64,000 nucleotides of DNA from Nanobdellota archaeon (GCA_021852265.1 JAJZNV010000014.1:1566-65565), one strand, 5' to 3'; shown: positions 32,301-42,153, counted from the first letter of the stretch. The notes: generated by a model from the sequence alone, not told the origin. Program-made: numbers and translations.

Positions 32301-35300
32301 AAGGCAACGGTCTCTCCCCGCGCGCCTGTGTAGTAATTGTTTGCACCCGATTCAGTTGTATACGTTGGTATCTCTCCAAAGATACAATAAGAGCTGGTGC
32401 CAGAGTACTGCAACTTCACACCTTGAAAGCCACTCCCAATAAGTGCGCCTGTCGATGTCTGATATGGATTCTGTATACACGCATTATTCTGCGTTATAAC
32501 ATATGTATCTGTTACAGGGTAACTATTCACTGCCTGAGAAACTATATACGATTTCGAATAGGAACCGTTATATCCAACGTCTTTTGGACCTGGCACGTAT
32601 AACTGTGAAGACATGGACGGTTGGACATAACTAAAGTTGGATATAAGATTATTATTTATATTAAAAGACAGCGCCTGTCCCTCGGAGAGTACACTATCCG
32701 TTACTACTGGCGCGCCATTGAAAAAGCAATAAAGACTCTGTACACTCTGTGAAGGATTTGTTATCTGGTACAAATTGTTCGAGTTATAATTAATTCCGCC
32801 GAAGCCAGTCTCATGCCAGATTAGTTGCTGGTTCGCAGAGTATGAGACTGTGAAGCACTTTGTTATAGAACCATCTACTGTCTCAGCTACTGAAGCCTGT
32901 GATGCAGAAACGTTATTCACGAGAAGATCTCCGACGGTTCCAAAATTACCAATCTTAAATCCTTCTAGGCACGGGCCAAGCGACGCCTTACAATTGCCCA
33001 AAAGAGTGGCAGTGTAAGCATCTGTCGTTACTAGGTCGCTGTATAGTGTAGATGATACATTCATCCAGTTACTGCTGTACGAAGCAGGGGACGGCTGCAC
33101 TCCTGCAAATATAAGATAACTATTGCGGTTGTACGCATTGAGCTTATTGAAAATAAAATCGTAAGTGCATTGTCCCGCAGATGATGAGACTACCTGGTAA
33201 GGTGTTTCAGCATAAGGATATGGTGAATCACCTAAAAATCTTACATTGTTGCACCCTCCCAAGTTCGGAAGAGAGAATGATACTGGGACTGCATTTGGAG
33301 ACGGTACATTTAGTGTAAGATTATAGACTGTGGACGGAGCATCCCCTATCGCAAAGGGTGAAATTTTTATAAAAGCGCCACTTTTTTGGGCTGTAGATGG
33401 AAACTCGAATCCTACTGCTCTTAGAACGTTCTGTCCAGGTGTGTTTTCTATAAAGCTTATACTATATTCTCCATTAGGATTAAGCCCCCCATTACAATTA
33501 TTTTGTGATCCTGAGTAATTTAGTACGCCATTATACACTACTGAATTCTGGCATATCGGAGTATATTTTACACTCGCGGGTGTACCGGGATTAGAGGATG
33601 GTATAGTAGACAATTCACTAAGGTTCAGGTCCTGTGAATCAACTGGCACACCATTATCTGTAATGAAAAGTGAAGATGGCGTGCCTTTGAGGTTATTCAT
33701 ATTTTGTATCGAAACACCGAGCCCGACATCTCCACTTCCAAGATATCCAGAATTAGTTTTGTTTATGAGGACGGCGCGGATATCCTGTACGGGGGCAGTA
33801 ATATTGCATAGTATTGTACCATTTGGTGCATAATATTCCCCAGGATGGCCAGCCGCAGTAACCCCGTTGTTACGCACCTGCCCCACATTATTGATTATAT
33901 TGCAATTGAAGGGAGTGTCGTTTGTGTTATATAGATAAAAGTCTATGTTGTTTATCACCCCATATTGTTGCAATGGTCCAAAAAGCAATGTAAATCCTTT
34001 ATTGCTAGCAGAGGCGGTCATGTTCAAAGACGCCGTGAATGCTGTACTGGAAGAGTAAGGATTAGTTGCATTTGACCACGCTAGTGCAGTTCCTCCCTGA
34101 CTGGTATTTGACAGGTTCATATCCGAGTTATTATACATCTGTACTGTGAACGGCGTCGATGAAGTTAATACCAGACTCGACTGATTCACCTGCTGCGGCG
34201 TATATGACAGCAATTTACTCGCAACGCAACTGGAGGGGGATATGGTTACGGTCTGGGCAGTTGTCGTCAAGCTAGATAAACTGCAGCCTGTAGATTGCCC
34301 ATTCAGATAAAGAACCGCTGTAATTTGCTTATTCACGAAACTGCTGTAATTTGCGATGTTTTGAGTGCCAAATATCCGTATTACAGACTTGTCACCCAAG
34401 AGAGAATTAACATTCAGTGAAAAACCGTATATCGAGGAAGGAACTGCTATCGGAGCAATATTTGGGATTAACCCTAATGCAGTGTATTCAGAAGAAAAGT
34501 TTCCGAACAACTGACTTTCAGCCCCCGCACCAAAGTAAGCAATCGCCTCATCTGCATATTGATTTGTGGAGGATTGATTTATAATTGGACGTTCTATTTG
34601 CATTGAAATGGAAGACGTGGGATATATTGGCAGGTTATTATAGTTAAGCACTGCCTGGTCTGCGTATGGCATGAATAATATACCGAGCCACCTCTTTACG
34701 AGTATATTCGACACAGAGCCATTCGGAGCATAGAAGTTTTGCACAGCATAACGTATATTTGGAGGAGAGACTGCCTGTGTAGTCCAGAATACACTAAAGT
34801 CCTGAATATTGTCCTGAGATGCAAAACATGACACTGACGATCCAGATAAGTTGAAGTCGGGCTGTAATCCAGTTGCCTTATCGCCATATGAACGATATGT
34901 ACGTGTTCCATTAACAAAAGTTACGGTAGGATTCAGTGTAACATTCAGTACTGACTGAGTAGAGTTTGGGGCAGATACTGAGAAATTAATAGAATCAGAG
35001 TAGATTCTACTTGCTCCAAACGGAGCTTTACTAAGATTCATCGAATAGGAAACTAGGTACTGCCACGTAGGTGATGGCGAAGTGCTCTTTGGATCTATAA
35101 TTTCGTTGTTAAAGCTGTTATTAAGGGCAGAAGGATCCGAGGATGGCAGAGGTTCTACATTGATGCTATTTGTGAAAAGCGTCGTAGTTGGAACATTATT
35201 CAAAGAGCCTGACCACGAAACATTGAACATGTTTCCGAAATATACACTTACATTATATTTGCCACCTAATAACTGCTTAAAAACGCCCATTGGAATCTCA

Positions 35301-37915
35301 ACGGTGAATGTGACAGTGCCATTAGGAGCTATTCTCGGGAGGCCGCTATTGCTAGAGTTAGCGTGGACTAGCAGAGTATTTGACGTCCTTATCACATTAG
35401 GTCCATTATTTAGTTGGCCCTGACCTGGAACTGACATCCACAACCCCAATAAGGAGTTATTGTATGGACCTGCCAGGTAGTTCGGATCGTTTGAAAGTAA
35501 TTCTTGCAATGGTACAGGATTTAGAGGATATTGCGGATTATAATAAAACATGTTTGTCTGCAGACTCCCATTGTATCTTACTTCTATAACGCCATTAGTG
35601 GATTGCATCTCTTTAAGGAAGTTATAATATCCAGAATACTGATTTTCTATAGAGGGATTACCGGCATTCTGGTTACTAGTGAACATCTGACTTATGTTTG
35701 TGTCCCGAAACAGCACTACCAAATAAGGATTTGTTATCTCAGAATTTCCTACGTTTTTCATAGTTATCACGAGTGGGACTTCAGAATTGTTTGAGTTGAA
35801 TACGGGACAGGTACCGAGCGTCTGGCCGAAAACCGTAGAATTTGCATAAGGTTTGGTTATGTCCTTTCTGCCTAGGAAATAGCCACAGAAATTGCCCGCA
35901 CCATTTGCAAGATAAATAGAACTTATCCAAGCATCGGTTACGTTTTGGGCAACTATCCCGTTAGGGGTACATTCAATATTATTCATGAATATACCGTCAT
36001 TAAAGTTGATATAAGTGCTATATGATGTGCTAAAACAATTCGTATTGTTAAAGAAACCATTACACTTGCCAATTGCAGAAGTATAATTCTCGCTTGCAAG
36101 CGGGGGAATTATTCTGGAATAGCTAGGAGGTGTATAAACACCTGTATTCTCATTGAAATTCTCTCCATAAAAGCAATAGCTATCAAGCTCTTTAGCCGTA
36201 AAGTTATTCAGAGGGTCTGCGGTATCATATTGTGGAGCAAAAGGTTGATCATTTATAACATTCTTGAAGCCAGAATACCCCTGACCTAATGTCCAGAATC
36301 TTATATAGGAGACCGGATTCACATAACTTGGATTCTCAAATGTGCAGTTTTTATAGATTGTTCCCGGCGGTGTACCTGCTGCATTATTTGTTAATGAGTT
36401 CCATCCGCAAAATGGGAAAACGCCGTCGGTCCTAAAGTAATCATAAGTGTAGGCGTTGCTCGAAGCTCCACTTGATATTCCGGGATAATAAGCCGACTGC
36501 AGATTTGGTACACTATAGGCGTTTTCAGGTAACGCAAGGTAGACACTCTTATTTATAGGGTATGTTATCAGCGGGTTCTCTAATGGATTTTTGAAGTTTA
36601 ACCTAGCGAGATTAGCTACGCTTAACAGTGAGAGGTTAGTCTCATACGGCACGATTGGTATCACTACAGACTGTCCGCCTATGCTTGGAGGATTACCGGT
36701 GTTAAAATAATCCGAAGGTATCGACAGTGAGAAAGGTCCTCCTACATTTAAATATTGCTGTTCACCTTTATTTCCGGCTGGGAAAGTCGCATTATTTAGA
36801 GTCGGCAAGGCAAAATTAAATGCAGATAAGATACTGGACTCTGCGGTTGGTGCTGCCAAATAATCATTTGCAAACGGTGGCCAGAAAACGTTGCCGAATA
36901 CATAAGTTATACTTACCCCGACCCCGTTATATGCAGCTAGACCTACTGAGGGGGTATAACCACTAAGTGACATTATTGCGGGTATACCGCTTTTCCCTGG
37001 AAATTTGAAGTTCACATAATTATTAGGAAATGTTCCACCGCAGGATATTGCGGGAATTATAAGTGTAGAAGGAGCCGGCAGAGCCGATGGACTGGTCTGT
37101 CCTCCCTGATTATTGCTTGGCGGGTAGAATGCAGGATTCAGCGCATAGTAATATGGCGATGAGCCGTACTCATAAAGATATTTTGATGCACTCCAGTTAA
37201 AGAAGTTCGGATATGTTGCACTAGGATCATTGGCATAAGAGTTACCTGCGACAGTTATCGTGCTGCCCGTAGGGCTCGGTAAACAATAATTTGGATTTGA
37301 TACGTCAAACCCATTTAATTCTGCAGCGATTAAATCTGGAAAATTAAATGAACCGCTATTGCCAGGCTTACAGCTTTGAGCCCCGCTCTCAACTGCGCCG
37401 CCACTTTCTGTTTCCGGAAATCCTAAGTATCCCACTATATTGGAATATGTTTGCACTGTGGCGCTGCCTGAGACAGTATAAAGCCATGGGAAGCATGGAC
37501 CGCCTGGCCATAGAGGTGGAAGGTTAAGTGCACATCCCCATTGCCAATGAGGGGGCGTCAAATAATTCTCTGCACTGCAAGCCCCTGTACCGCCCGTATT
37601 TGCAGCCCCACTTATAAATTTCTCATTGAACCAGAAGTTAGAGTTTATGACGCCGGAACCGCCGCACGTGCCAGCCCCTCCGATACACTCACTACTCTGT
37701 ATTGCAGAGCTTACACCCGAGCTGGCATAAGTATTTACACCTATGTGCATACTTTCAAGCGCCGTTATATTCTGTTGTGACGGCCCTTGGCGCATACTAT
37801 AAGTAGACCCGTTATTTGTGATTCCAACACTATAATTGTTTAAAAGTAGGTGCGTTGACGATATAATAAGTAGTGCAACTATCCCCACTATCAGCATATA
37901 ATTTATGGATTTCAT
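26342..37915 (-). CDS. Giant (~3857 aa) secreted or surface protein: Cys-rich N-terminal region, YVTN-type beta-propeller, ~9 thermopsin-like repeats
   Basis: Uninterrupted 11.6-kb ORF with an N-terminal hydrophobic helix. Repeats VGNNPDAIVYDPQNQYIYVANGASNSISVIS and F.E.GLP....W.V.Y. Start placed at ATG 37915, after GTGGGG. Confidence 0.92.
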   Translation of the reverse strand: MKSINYMLIVGIVALLIISSTHLLLNNYSVGITNNGSTYSMRQGPSQQNITALESMHIGVNTYASSGVSSAIQSSECIGGAGTCGGSGVINSNFWFNEKFISGAANTGGTGACSAENYLTPPHWQWGCALNLPPLWPGGPCFPWLYTVSGSATVQTYSNIVGYLGFPETESGGAVESGAQSCKPGNSGSFNFPDLIAAELNGFDVSNPNYCLPSPTGSTITVAGNSYANDPSATYPNFFNWSASKYLYEYGSSPYYYALNPAFYPPSNNQGGQTSPSALPAPSTLIIPAISCGGTFPNNYVNFKFPGKSGIPAIMSLSGYTPSVGLAAYNGVGVSITYVFGNVFWPPFANDYLAAPTAESSILSAFNFALPTLNNATFPAGNKGEQQYLNVGGPFSLSIPSDYFNTGNPPSIGGQSVVIPIVPYETNLSLLSVANLARLNFKNPLENPLITYPINKSVYLALPENAYSVPNLQSAYYPGISSGASSNAYTYDYFRTDGVFPFCGWNSLTNNAAGTPPGTIYKNCTFENPSYVNPVSYIRFWTLGQGYSGFKNVINDQPFAPQYDTADPLNNFTAKELDSYCFYGENFNENTGVYTPPSYSRIIPPLASENYTSAIGKCNGFFNNTNCFSTSYSTYINFNDGIFMNNIECTPNGIVAQNVTDAWISSIYLANGAGNFCGYFLGRKDITKPYANSTVFGQTLGTCPVFNSNNSEVPLVITMKNVGNSEITNPYLVVLFRDTNISQMFTSNQNAGNPSIENQYSGYYNFLKEMQSTNGVIEVRYNGSLQTNMFYYNPQYPLNPVPLQELLSNDPNYLAGPYNNSLLGLWMSVPGQGQLNNGPNVIRTSNTLLVHANSSNSGLPRIAPNGTVTFTVEIPMGVFKQLLGGKYNVSVYFGNMFNVSWSGSLNNVPTTTLFTNSINVEPLPSSDPSALNNSFNNEIIDPKSTSPSPTWQYLVSYSMNLSKAPFGASRIYSDSINFSVSAPNSTQSVLNVTLNPTVTFVNGTRTYRSYGDKATGLQPDFNLSGSSVSCFASQDNIQDFSVFWTTQAVSPPNIRYAVQNFYAPNGSVSNILVKRWLGILFMPYADQAVLNYNNLPIYPTSSISMQIERPIINQSSTNQYADEAIAYFGAGAESQLFGNFSSEYTALGLIPNIAPIAVPSSIYGFSLNVNSLLGDKSVIRIFGTQNIANYSSFVNKQITAVLYLNGQSTGCSLSSLTTTAQTVTISPSSCVASKLLSYTPQQVNQSSLVLTSSTPFTVQMYNNSDMNLSNTSQGGTALAWSNATNPYSSSTAFTASLNMTASASNKGFTLLFGPLQQYGVINNIDFYLYNTNDTPFNCNIINNVGQVRNNGVTAAGHPGEYYAPNGTILCNITAPVQDIRAVLINKTNSGYLGSGDVGLGVSIQNMNNLKGTPSSLFITDNGVPVDSQDLNLSELSTIPSSNPGTPASVKYTPICQNSVVYNGVLNYSGSQNNCNGGLNPNGEYSISFIENTPGQNVLRAVGFEFPSTAQKSGAFIKISPFAIGDAPSTVYNLTLNVPSPNAVPVSFSLPNLGGCNNVRFLGDSPYPYAETPYQVVSSSAGQCTYDFIFNKLNAYNRNSYLIFAGVQPSPASYSSNWMNVSSTLYSDLVTTDAYTATLLGNCKASLGPCLEGFKIGNFGTVGDLLVNNVSASQASVAETVDGSITKCFTVSYSANQQLIWHETGFGGINYNSNNLYQITNPSQSVQSLYCFFNGAPVVTDSVLSEGQALSFNINNNLISNFSYVQPSMSSQLYVPGPKDVGYNGSYSKSYIVSQAVNSYPVTDTYVITQNNACIQNPYQTSTGALIGSGFQGVKLQYSGTSSYCIFGEIPTYTTESGANNYYTGARGETVALNYIPGIYNLTTASGLNETLYGNCELTGNITGQGSVQTVSSEKLYVLTWPQLNVNGSWVKYNPQNPTEAFLATHTAPLMQSAFPSGGVILSLNSNAGSIMSCPVNTTVQNYTTCTAPIAGGVQLMNGSLDGIEGIPNSTIGNSKADYIGGGCLITSQYSCAPTDGALSLESIPAVESGQVSAPSQATAKYQLNANENSGNQIQINTLSFNCNGWYYSGNQSIGLPHTRYTNTTVSCDYGNNGNNCAASYSNTQIGVDTGVLTFSCTVSGSIPNLVSSGITMSSVSTGGVSESNPTGMLSSNFCGNVTDFINENIQSGIAVKWMPYSTTNNAQGYPLAEVGGCLATRDAYNISQPAVTTTFSGPNGMNFKSTYSCPAGYSGTIESCALPANNMPYNESIPPLPTSCLGMKYIKFNTTFISTPVGGDNGSYGQTPLGCNNAPEGYTTPTVTDGCIAYHSGISAKVNASYVLQYDNSSLIGVGLGVINATVPTNVSIPPSGSQAVVKDQYMSGLSVSQYEINNIFTKLYPSNLFLSNIPQAALFKSSVYPFDLLNVLLLQNPYFKIYGIPALANGSIYDYAMNIFTGGTSANCIGGNGNHIDYALYGLGEGQLCSGQSLPQQYLNGIYLSLGALNQGLHALQFYSVSETGNTADPTVNVYDTLGSAYSINANCSNGNSRSFSSQYTGGTWHLNISSDEECNNINNRLYGYIVSCLYQTPGNTTFTIGSQYYLGYNLPTLWNISYTLLVSPKSYNIVPVNVYDVNTTLGTSKLSFYPPTEFIESGLPQSTLSTFGWQMKYAGKHFVSHVSQIDALVNGTLLAEPSFLVDNITVSSGSCFTTYSPVPGSGRASAGSIVNIVFNISSVKCITTFAESGLISGARWTVNYAGTQNSSLSPTDIGFFTNVGNYSYSVYAASNSSYDNNGNPTCTTYYSFLPSAGKLEAGSTLNVKANSSTRCITTFTEYNLPAGYTWTVNYGGLKKSTQTSLSGSSTSIVFPILPAGNYPYNISSYANNADINLLRVGNNPDAIVYDPQNQYIYVANGASNSISVISSTSNTVIANITSGVGNNPDAIVYDPQNQYIYVANGASNSISVISGTSVVSVINTDNTTLGITYDPTNGDLYTVNKGKITFEGSCGTGCGYYSTSQTISIISTSSNSIVATLKVYENTKGPKPQGLGAIDYIGAVGYVYFVDLGGGVGVINPSSNSVFAYLAANVINTNTMLYANGKLYTGGPYGLYILNISDRVYSSNNTQSESSQLSQSIIKNISSMSAATGFTFNSKDGYLYAVNSRNCSIDAYNSTDAKLKAIGLPLSLCAGSVAYDSYTGLFYFTLPSAGRVLTLNSYSYGTNYYGNLTDEPPSPTSGTVTAGSTTYVQFSSSAKSTPSYVSFNRTNIPPNTLWSVTYSKYTAKSLKWWYCLIYKGQCVKNISGSTEVYLPTGPNITLAASTPVDGILLQNPGNYIISNYSISQASSLIQSALQTYWGECEFSAPPSQHVYVPNNVGVGQKTNYIAYTPMTSGSNAVTFLDTCNIGFMESSLPANTVWYVTYAGVTQSANDTSGTTLADTALNMTVSDLNPAGSYSFSVATAYPPNSVGSCGSYSPSPSSGSLPISGSPTKIAFTKNSACVTTFIETGLPSGTTWSVTLNPLSTAVTQSSSASSIGFSTTASTYYQFSTANSNAGGCVYSPNPGTGSIEAGTINSISFSPTSCSLTFSETGDPGEGLNEFWNLTYTNGQGTSGWSSSSASTITLNGLPLGDYQYSVSYIGSECLNPTISPSSGSVNVGPGTSTQNIGFYCYTTFSENNIPSGFSWSVKYLGQTASATAPSSIKVDGFGSTGQYYISNSTNGSSDTQASAGALLYGALASNAYQCSYGDCLEPGTLAPGSSYTFNFYTITTFAVSDNNPYNCEWTPSYDSSQNLNEYGSSEAFWDNQNYGYEIGGNYKWSVSSDGGSPKNCQNNPGTFSSYYFSPTSGTAAAGSTVTLHIGYKS
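29046..29248. repeat. Exact 71-bp direct repeat, period 132 bp (duplicated beta-propeller blade)
   Basis: 29046-29116 is identical to 29178-29248 (gaggcgccatttgcaacg...ggattattgccaac). Confidence 0.95.
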
Positions 37916-37985
37916 ATTCCCCACATAACGTTCTTAAATCTAATCGAATCTGTTAAATTTAACTTTTTATTGTGTTTCATACGGT

Positions 37986-40900
37986 TTAACCAGACCAACA
38001 ATTCCAGCTATTGGCGCAATTGCTTGCGCTTGTAATTACCTGGAAATTTGGATAAGCAAGATTATACTCTCCATAAAGTTGATTGATATTGAATTGCGGG
38101 GCATATGGAGAATACGTTGCATTTAACATCTGTATATTTAATTCTGGGTTACCTTGAGGCGTTTTTACAGTGACGCATGCAAATTGAGCATAATATTGAG
38201 TGAGCGTTGAGTTGTAGACATATGGTGCCAGAGGACCTGTTCTAATTAAGTCTAGGGGATGTGACCTCTGCATAATGCGATTAGATTTTGACTGTGAATA
38301 GTTAAAATTAAAAGGCCAGTTTAAAGAGCTATTAGAGAAAAAGTATGGGAAAACACTTTTTCCGGAGTCAGAATGTGGACTTATGTCATACGCCGCCGGC
38401 CCATAAACAACGTATATAGCAGATGGGGCTGTTTTGCCTATATTTACCCATATGATTCCCCCTTGCTGTATTGTAGTTTGGTTCCACCAAGATAATAATT
38501 CAGAATTATCTGAGGATGCATTGACTGCAAATATCTCTATGTAAGGCGCACTAAAGAATGAGTTATAGTTGAAATTTGAATCCAGTTTTAGTTTCAGTTG
38601 ATATGCACTGTTTGAGTGGATTGGATTCAAAAGAATTACATTGTAGTATGCATTGTTTGTATTTGACAATAATCCAAATGATTTTGAGAGAGAGGGATTT
38701 AGGGATGCAGCTGACTGGTATGGAAGTATCATATTTACTGGATTATACCCACGTATGTAGTTGGTAACGAACAGATAATCAACATAGTCAGAAGTAGGTT
38801 TATCATCAGTGGAAAGCGCAAGCAAATTGACTGGATTATTAAACACCGTTCCACTAATTGCACTCGAATAATTTATTGTGGACTGTAATACCGAATTTAG
38901 AGTAAAAGTAAAATTATATCCAGATGCCGACGTACCATAACGATTAATTTGCAAGTTATTTTCAGAACCTGCTGATGCAGAGTTACGCGAAGCCGCTAAT
39001 TCATTTAAGGTGCCAGTCCCTCCATTGTAATTATAAACCACATTTGGATAATTACCATTATTCAACTGGAATATTGTATCAATATGCCCAATAGTTGGGT
39101 ATGTGCTCATTACAAAATTAAAACTTGGGGAAGGCCCAGTCTGCACAACGCCCGCATAGATTGAGAAATTGTCCGGAAGGTTAAGATTTGTCGAATTGAT
39201 TGAGACAAAAGTCCAATTTTGCGGAGAATCTTTAATCGAGTTAATCCCTCCTCCTGAGGAGGATATCAATCCATTCGGGATAGCAACGTATTTTGACGTT
39301 GATTGTGAATTTGAATAAGTAAAGTTATATGAAACGCCACTAGCATTTATGAGTGCATAATTCGGACAGTTGTTACTTGCGGTTAACCAACGCTGGTAGA
39401 AGCTGGGTTGCGTCATAAGGTTTATTCTTATTCCGCTACAAAATATGTTGTTACTATTAGAGATTTGCTTACATGTCCCCCCCTGCGAGTTTATTTGGCT
39501 CACAAGTGCCACAGAGTCTATATTCTTACTAGACGAATCAAACTGTACTGAGGTAATGCACGTCGTATTCAGGAAATTCTTTGCAAGCACAGGCGCACAA
39601 TTGAAATATGTAGCACTTGGTGACGCCAGCGTCTGTACAAATCCTGGGAAGCCGTCTACATATGGATTATTTTTTATCCCACAACTTTCTGTTGGAGCAA
39701 GGCTAAGATTATTTTGATAGCCAAAATTTAGTGAGATCGGCAGACCAAGGGTTTCTGAAGAGATATTACTAAATCTTTGAGGAGAGAATGAGTATGTATA
39801 ATTTACGGTGGCGTTATAATTTGCATAATTATTACAGCTGCTTGCTTCTTGTGCACTTACTGAGAGATTCAAAACGTTCACATTAAAAGGAGTGCCAGAA
39901 AGAAAACTTACCTCGGCAGGGACCTGGTAGTCCAGCAGGTTCTTGAGGTCTTCTTCTAAAGTTTGAGATAAAAGCGTCCTACAGTATTGCATGTCTGAAG
40001 AATTAATACTACAGTTATAGATTACCGTCCCATAATACGGTTGCGCTACGCGACTTAACTTGTTTATAATATAAGACGTACCATGTTCTATTGAACCCAT
40101 AGATAACAAAAGCGCGCTGTACCAGTCATATTTTGGCTGGCCATTAACGGAAACCGTCTTTAGATTTACTCCGTGTACAACGTTATTAAGATAATTATAG
40201 AGAGCGTATTGTGCGAATCCAGTTATGTTCCGATTACCAAGCGGAAAGCTCTCATTTACAAACGCGACGCCCGTTTGCATTAGTTGACTTAGATAATCGG
40301 ATGTCGTTACGTATCCGGATACACTTAAGCAGTTCTGCAGTGTGAATTGCAACTCATTATACGAAAGGCAAACTTCCGGATTATAAAGCGGGAAAAGTGA
40401 GACGGAAACCCTCAATGGCTGGTAATTTGAAAACAATAAATTTTGTCCTGAGCTTAGATCAAATTGATTTATTATATACTTGTAGTATACGAATTGTGGT
40501 TGAAGTGGTACTATGGCATAGTTTTCAGGTATTATATTGAAGACTCCATTTGGATAATTCGTTACAGTAAAATTATACTCCGTACCGGCAAATGAAAACA
40601 CACTATTATTTACCAATGTAATCATAGATGGCACCCCTGCAGCATTATCGGCTGCGATCGCTGCGCTTAGTGTGTATAGATTCGGATTCGCCAATGGAAC
40701 TAGGAAAAACTGTGTCACGGTTTTTCCACCTTGAAGAGACTGTGCATCAAACACTATCGCAGACAGACCATCTTGAAGAGTTATTACAGTGAACTGCGAA
40801 CTTGAGGCCGTAAGTGACCCAATTGTGCCTTGGAAAAACGCGGATCTGATTGTTGGCTGGCTAAGCACGCCCGTCACAATATCCGATTCTGGGAACAGTA

Positions 40901-41579
40901 TGAACTGACTTTCATTAAGGGCGAATAATGAACCGGTTGGCCCAGAAAATATCTGTATCGGCACTGGGCACGAATTTTTAAGATTGCAATTTACATTACC
41001 TAGATCATAGACCTGGAAGGTTGCACCGGTAGAATTACTCCTGTTGTATAGAAACTCATACTTATCACCCAAATAAGGGGCGCTAAATGTCGCCTCAAAA
41101 ACCCCCTGATTATCTGTTTTGGTAAAATTCAAATCTAAAAAGGACTGGACGTTTAATCCACTGCTATTTACGAATGAAAATTGGCTCTGATTTAATAACT
41201 GCGTCAATCCGTACAATATCTCTTGGTTGTTAGGCAAGCAGGTCTGTCCCTCTAAATTATGCCAGTAGTAGACTTTATCAACCGGAATAAACGGCAGCCG
41301 TGTTGTCGTGTTTATATAACCACAATTGAGTGTAGACATTGTCGGATTTAATGTAAACGCATCGAACAGCTGTGCTTTATCAAAAAGATAATGTGCCTGC
41401 TGTATTAGGTAATCTTTTACAGCAAGACTCTGATAGATACTGCTCTGTGCCGTTATTGTTATAGTAGAGCTTAAGCCTACGGTGTTGATGTAAGTAAAAG
41501 CGTTTAGCATTACAAATATCGTTGCGGCAATCATGCCTACCATCGCAATTATATTCGCTTGTCCTTTTCGATTTTTCAT
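37986..41579 (-). CDS. Large pilin-like surface protein with class III signal peptide; C-terminal lectin-like and DUF2341-like modules
   Basis: MKNRKG|QANIIAMVGMIAATIF; C-terminal LLSWWNQ...IIWVNI...IYVVYG...SGKSVFPYF. Confidence 0.85.
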   Translation of the reverse strand: MKNRKGQANIIAMVGMIAATIFVMLNAFTYINTVGLSSTITITAQSSIYQSLAVKDYLIQQAHYLFDKAQLFDAFTLNPTMSTLNCGYINTTTRLPFIPVDKVYYWHNLEGQTCLPNNQEILYGLTQLLNQSQFSFVNSSGLNVQSFLDLNFTKTDNQGVFEATFSAPYLGDKYEFLYNRSNSTGATFQVYDLGNVNCNLKNSCPVPIQIFSGPTGSLFALNESQFILFPESDIVTGVLSQPTIRSAFFQGTIGSLTASSSQFTVITLQDGLSAIVFDAQSLQGGKTVTQFFLVPLANPNLYTLSAAIAADNAAGVPSMITLVNNSVFSFAGTEYNFTVTNYPNGVFNIIPENYAIVPLQPQFVYYKYIINQFDLSSGQNLLFSNYQPLRVSVSLFPLYNPEVCLSYNELQFTLQNCLSVSGYVTTSDYLSQLMQTGVAFVNESFPLGNRNITGFAQYALYNYLNNVVHGVNLKTVSVNGQPKYDWYSALLLSMGSIEHGTSYIINKLSRVAQPYYGTVIYNCSINSSDMQYCRTLLSQTLEEDLKNLLDYQVPAEVSFLSGTPFNVNVLNLSVSAQEASSCNNYANYNATVNYTYSFSPQRFSNISSETLGLPISLNFGYQNNLSLAPTESCGIKNNPYVDGFPGFVQTLASPSATYFNCAPVLAKNFLNTTCITSVQFDSSSKNIDSVALVSQINSQGGTCKQISNSNNIFCSGIRINLMTQPSFYQRWLTASNNCPNYALINASGVSYNFTYSNSQSTSKYVAIPNGLISSSGGGINSIKDSPQNWTFVSINSTNLNLPDNFSIYAGVVQTGPSPSFNFVMSTYPTIGHIDTIFQLNNGNYPNVVYNYNGGTGTLNELAASRNSASAGSENNLQINRYGTSASGYNFTFTLNSVLQSTINYSSAISGTVFNNPVNLLALSTDDKPTSDYVDYLFVTNYIRGYNPVNMILPYQSAASLNPSLSKSFGLLSNTNNAYYNVILLNPIHSNSAYQLKLKLDSNFNYNSFFSAPYIEIFAVNASSDNSELLSWWNQTTIQQGGIIWVNIGKTAPSAIYVVYGPAAYDISPHSDSGKSVFPYFFSNSSLNWPFNFNYSQSKSNRIMQRSHPLDLIRTGPLAPYVYNSTLTQYYAQFACVTVKTPQGNPELNIQMLNATYSPYAPQFNINQLYGEYNLAYPNFQVITSASNCANSWNCWSG

Positions 41580-41580
41580 A

Positions 41581-42153
41581 TCAGCTAAGCACTCCAAAAA
41601 CGGTATATGGGTTTTCTGGATTTACTGGGTTAAAAACTGACAGTGAACAGACCGTTGAACCAGATGAAGCAGGCGGAATCTGATTCAGATAAACTTTCAT
41701 CCCCAGAGTCTGTAGCGTAATCGCGGAGCCGGATGCTATGTTGTTGAATGAACTTACTGAAAAAGAGGAAAAATAATTTATGAAATTTGAAAATAACGAA
41801 GTAAAATTAGTAAGCGAGTTTGACAAGACTGTATAACCGAGATTACAGCTTGTGCCACAATGAGCGGATAGAGAGGTCTGTTGGGAGGATAATGCAGTTT
41901 CGTACTGGGAAGGATGCTGCAAAGCAAGCGTATTTAGTGCCGCTGGCGTATCTACATAATAGCCGCTAAATAAGCTATCTAATGCAAAATTACATGTTTG
42001 GATAGAGGGTTCCTGGTTTACTGCAGTTATTAGACTGGCAGTCTGATTTTGTAAAAATGCTACTGCCAAAACTGATAAGATAACCGCCACCATAGGTACT
42101 AATACCAAATCCAGTATTGTTAGCTGCCCTCTTCGTGATTTGATTAGTTCCAT
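41581..42153 (-). CDS. Pilin-like protein with class III signal peptide
   Basis: MELIKSRRG|QLTILDLVLVPMVAVIL; coupled to both neighbours by TGA-T-ATG junctions. Confidence 0.85.
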   Translation of the reverse strand: MELIKSRRGQLTILDLVLVPMVAVILSVLAVAFLQNQTASLITAVNQEPSIQTCNFALDSLFSGYYVDTPAALNTLALQHPSQYETALSSQQTSLSAHCGTSCNLGYTVLSNSLTNFTSLFSNFINYFSSFSVSSFNNIASGSAITLQTLGMKVYLNQIPPASSGSTVCSLSVFNPVNPENPYTVFGVLS

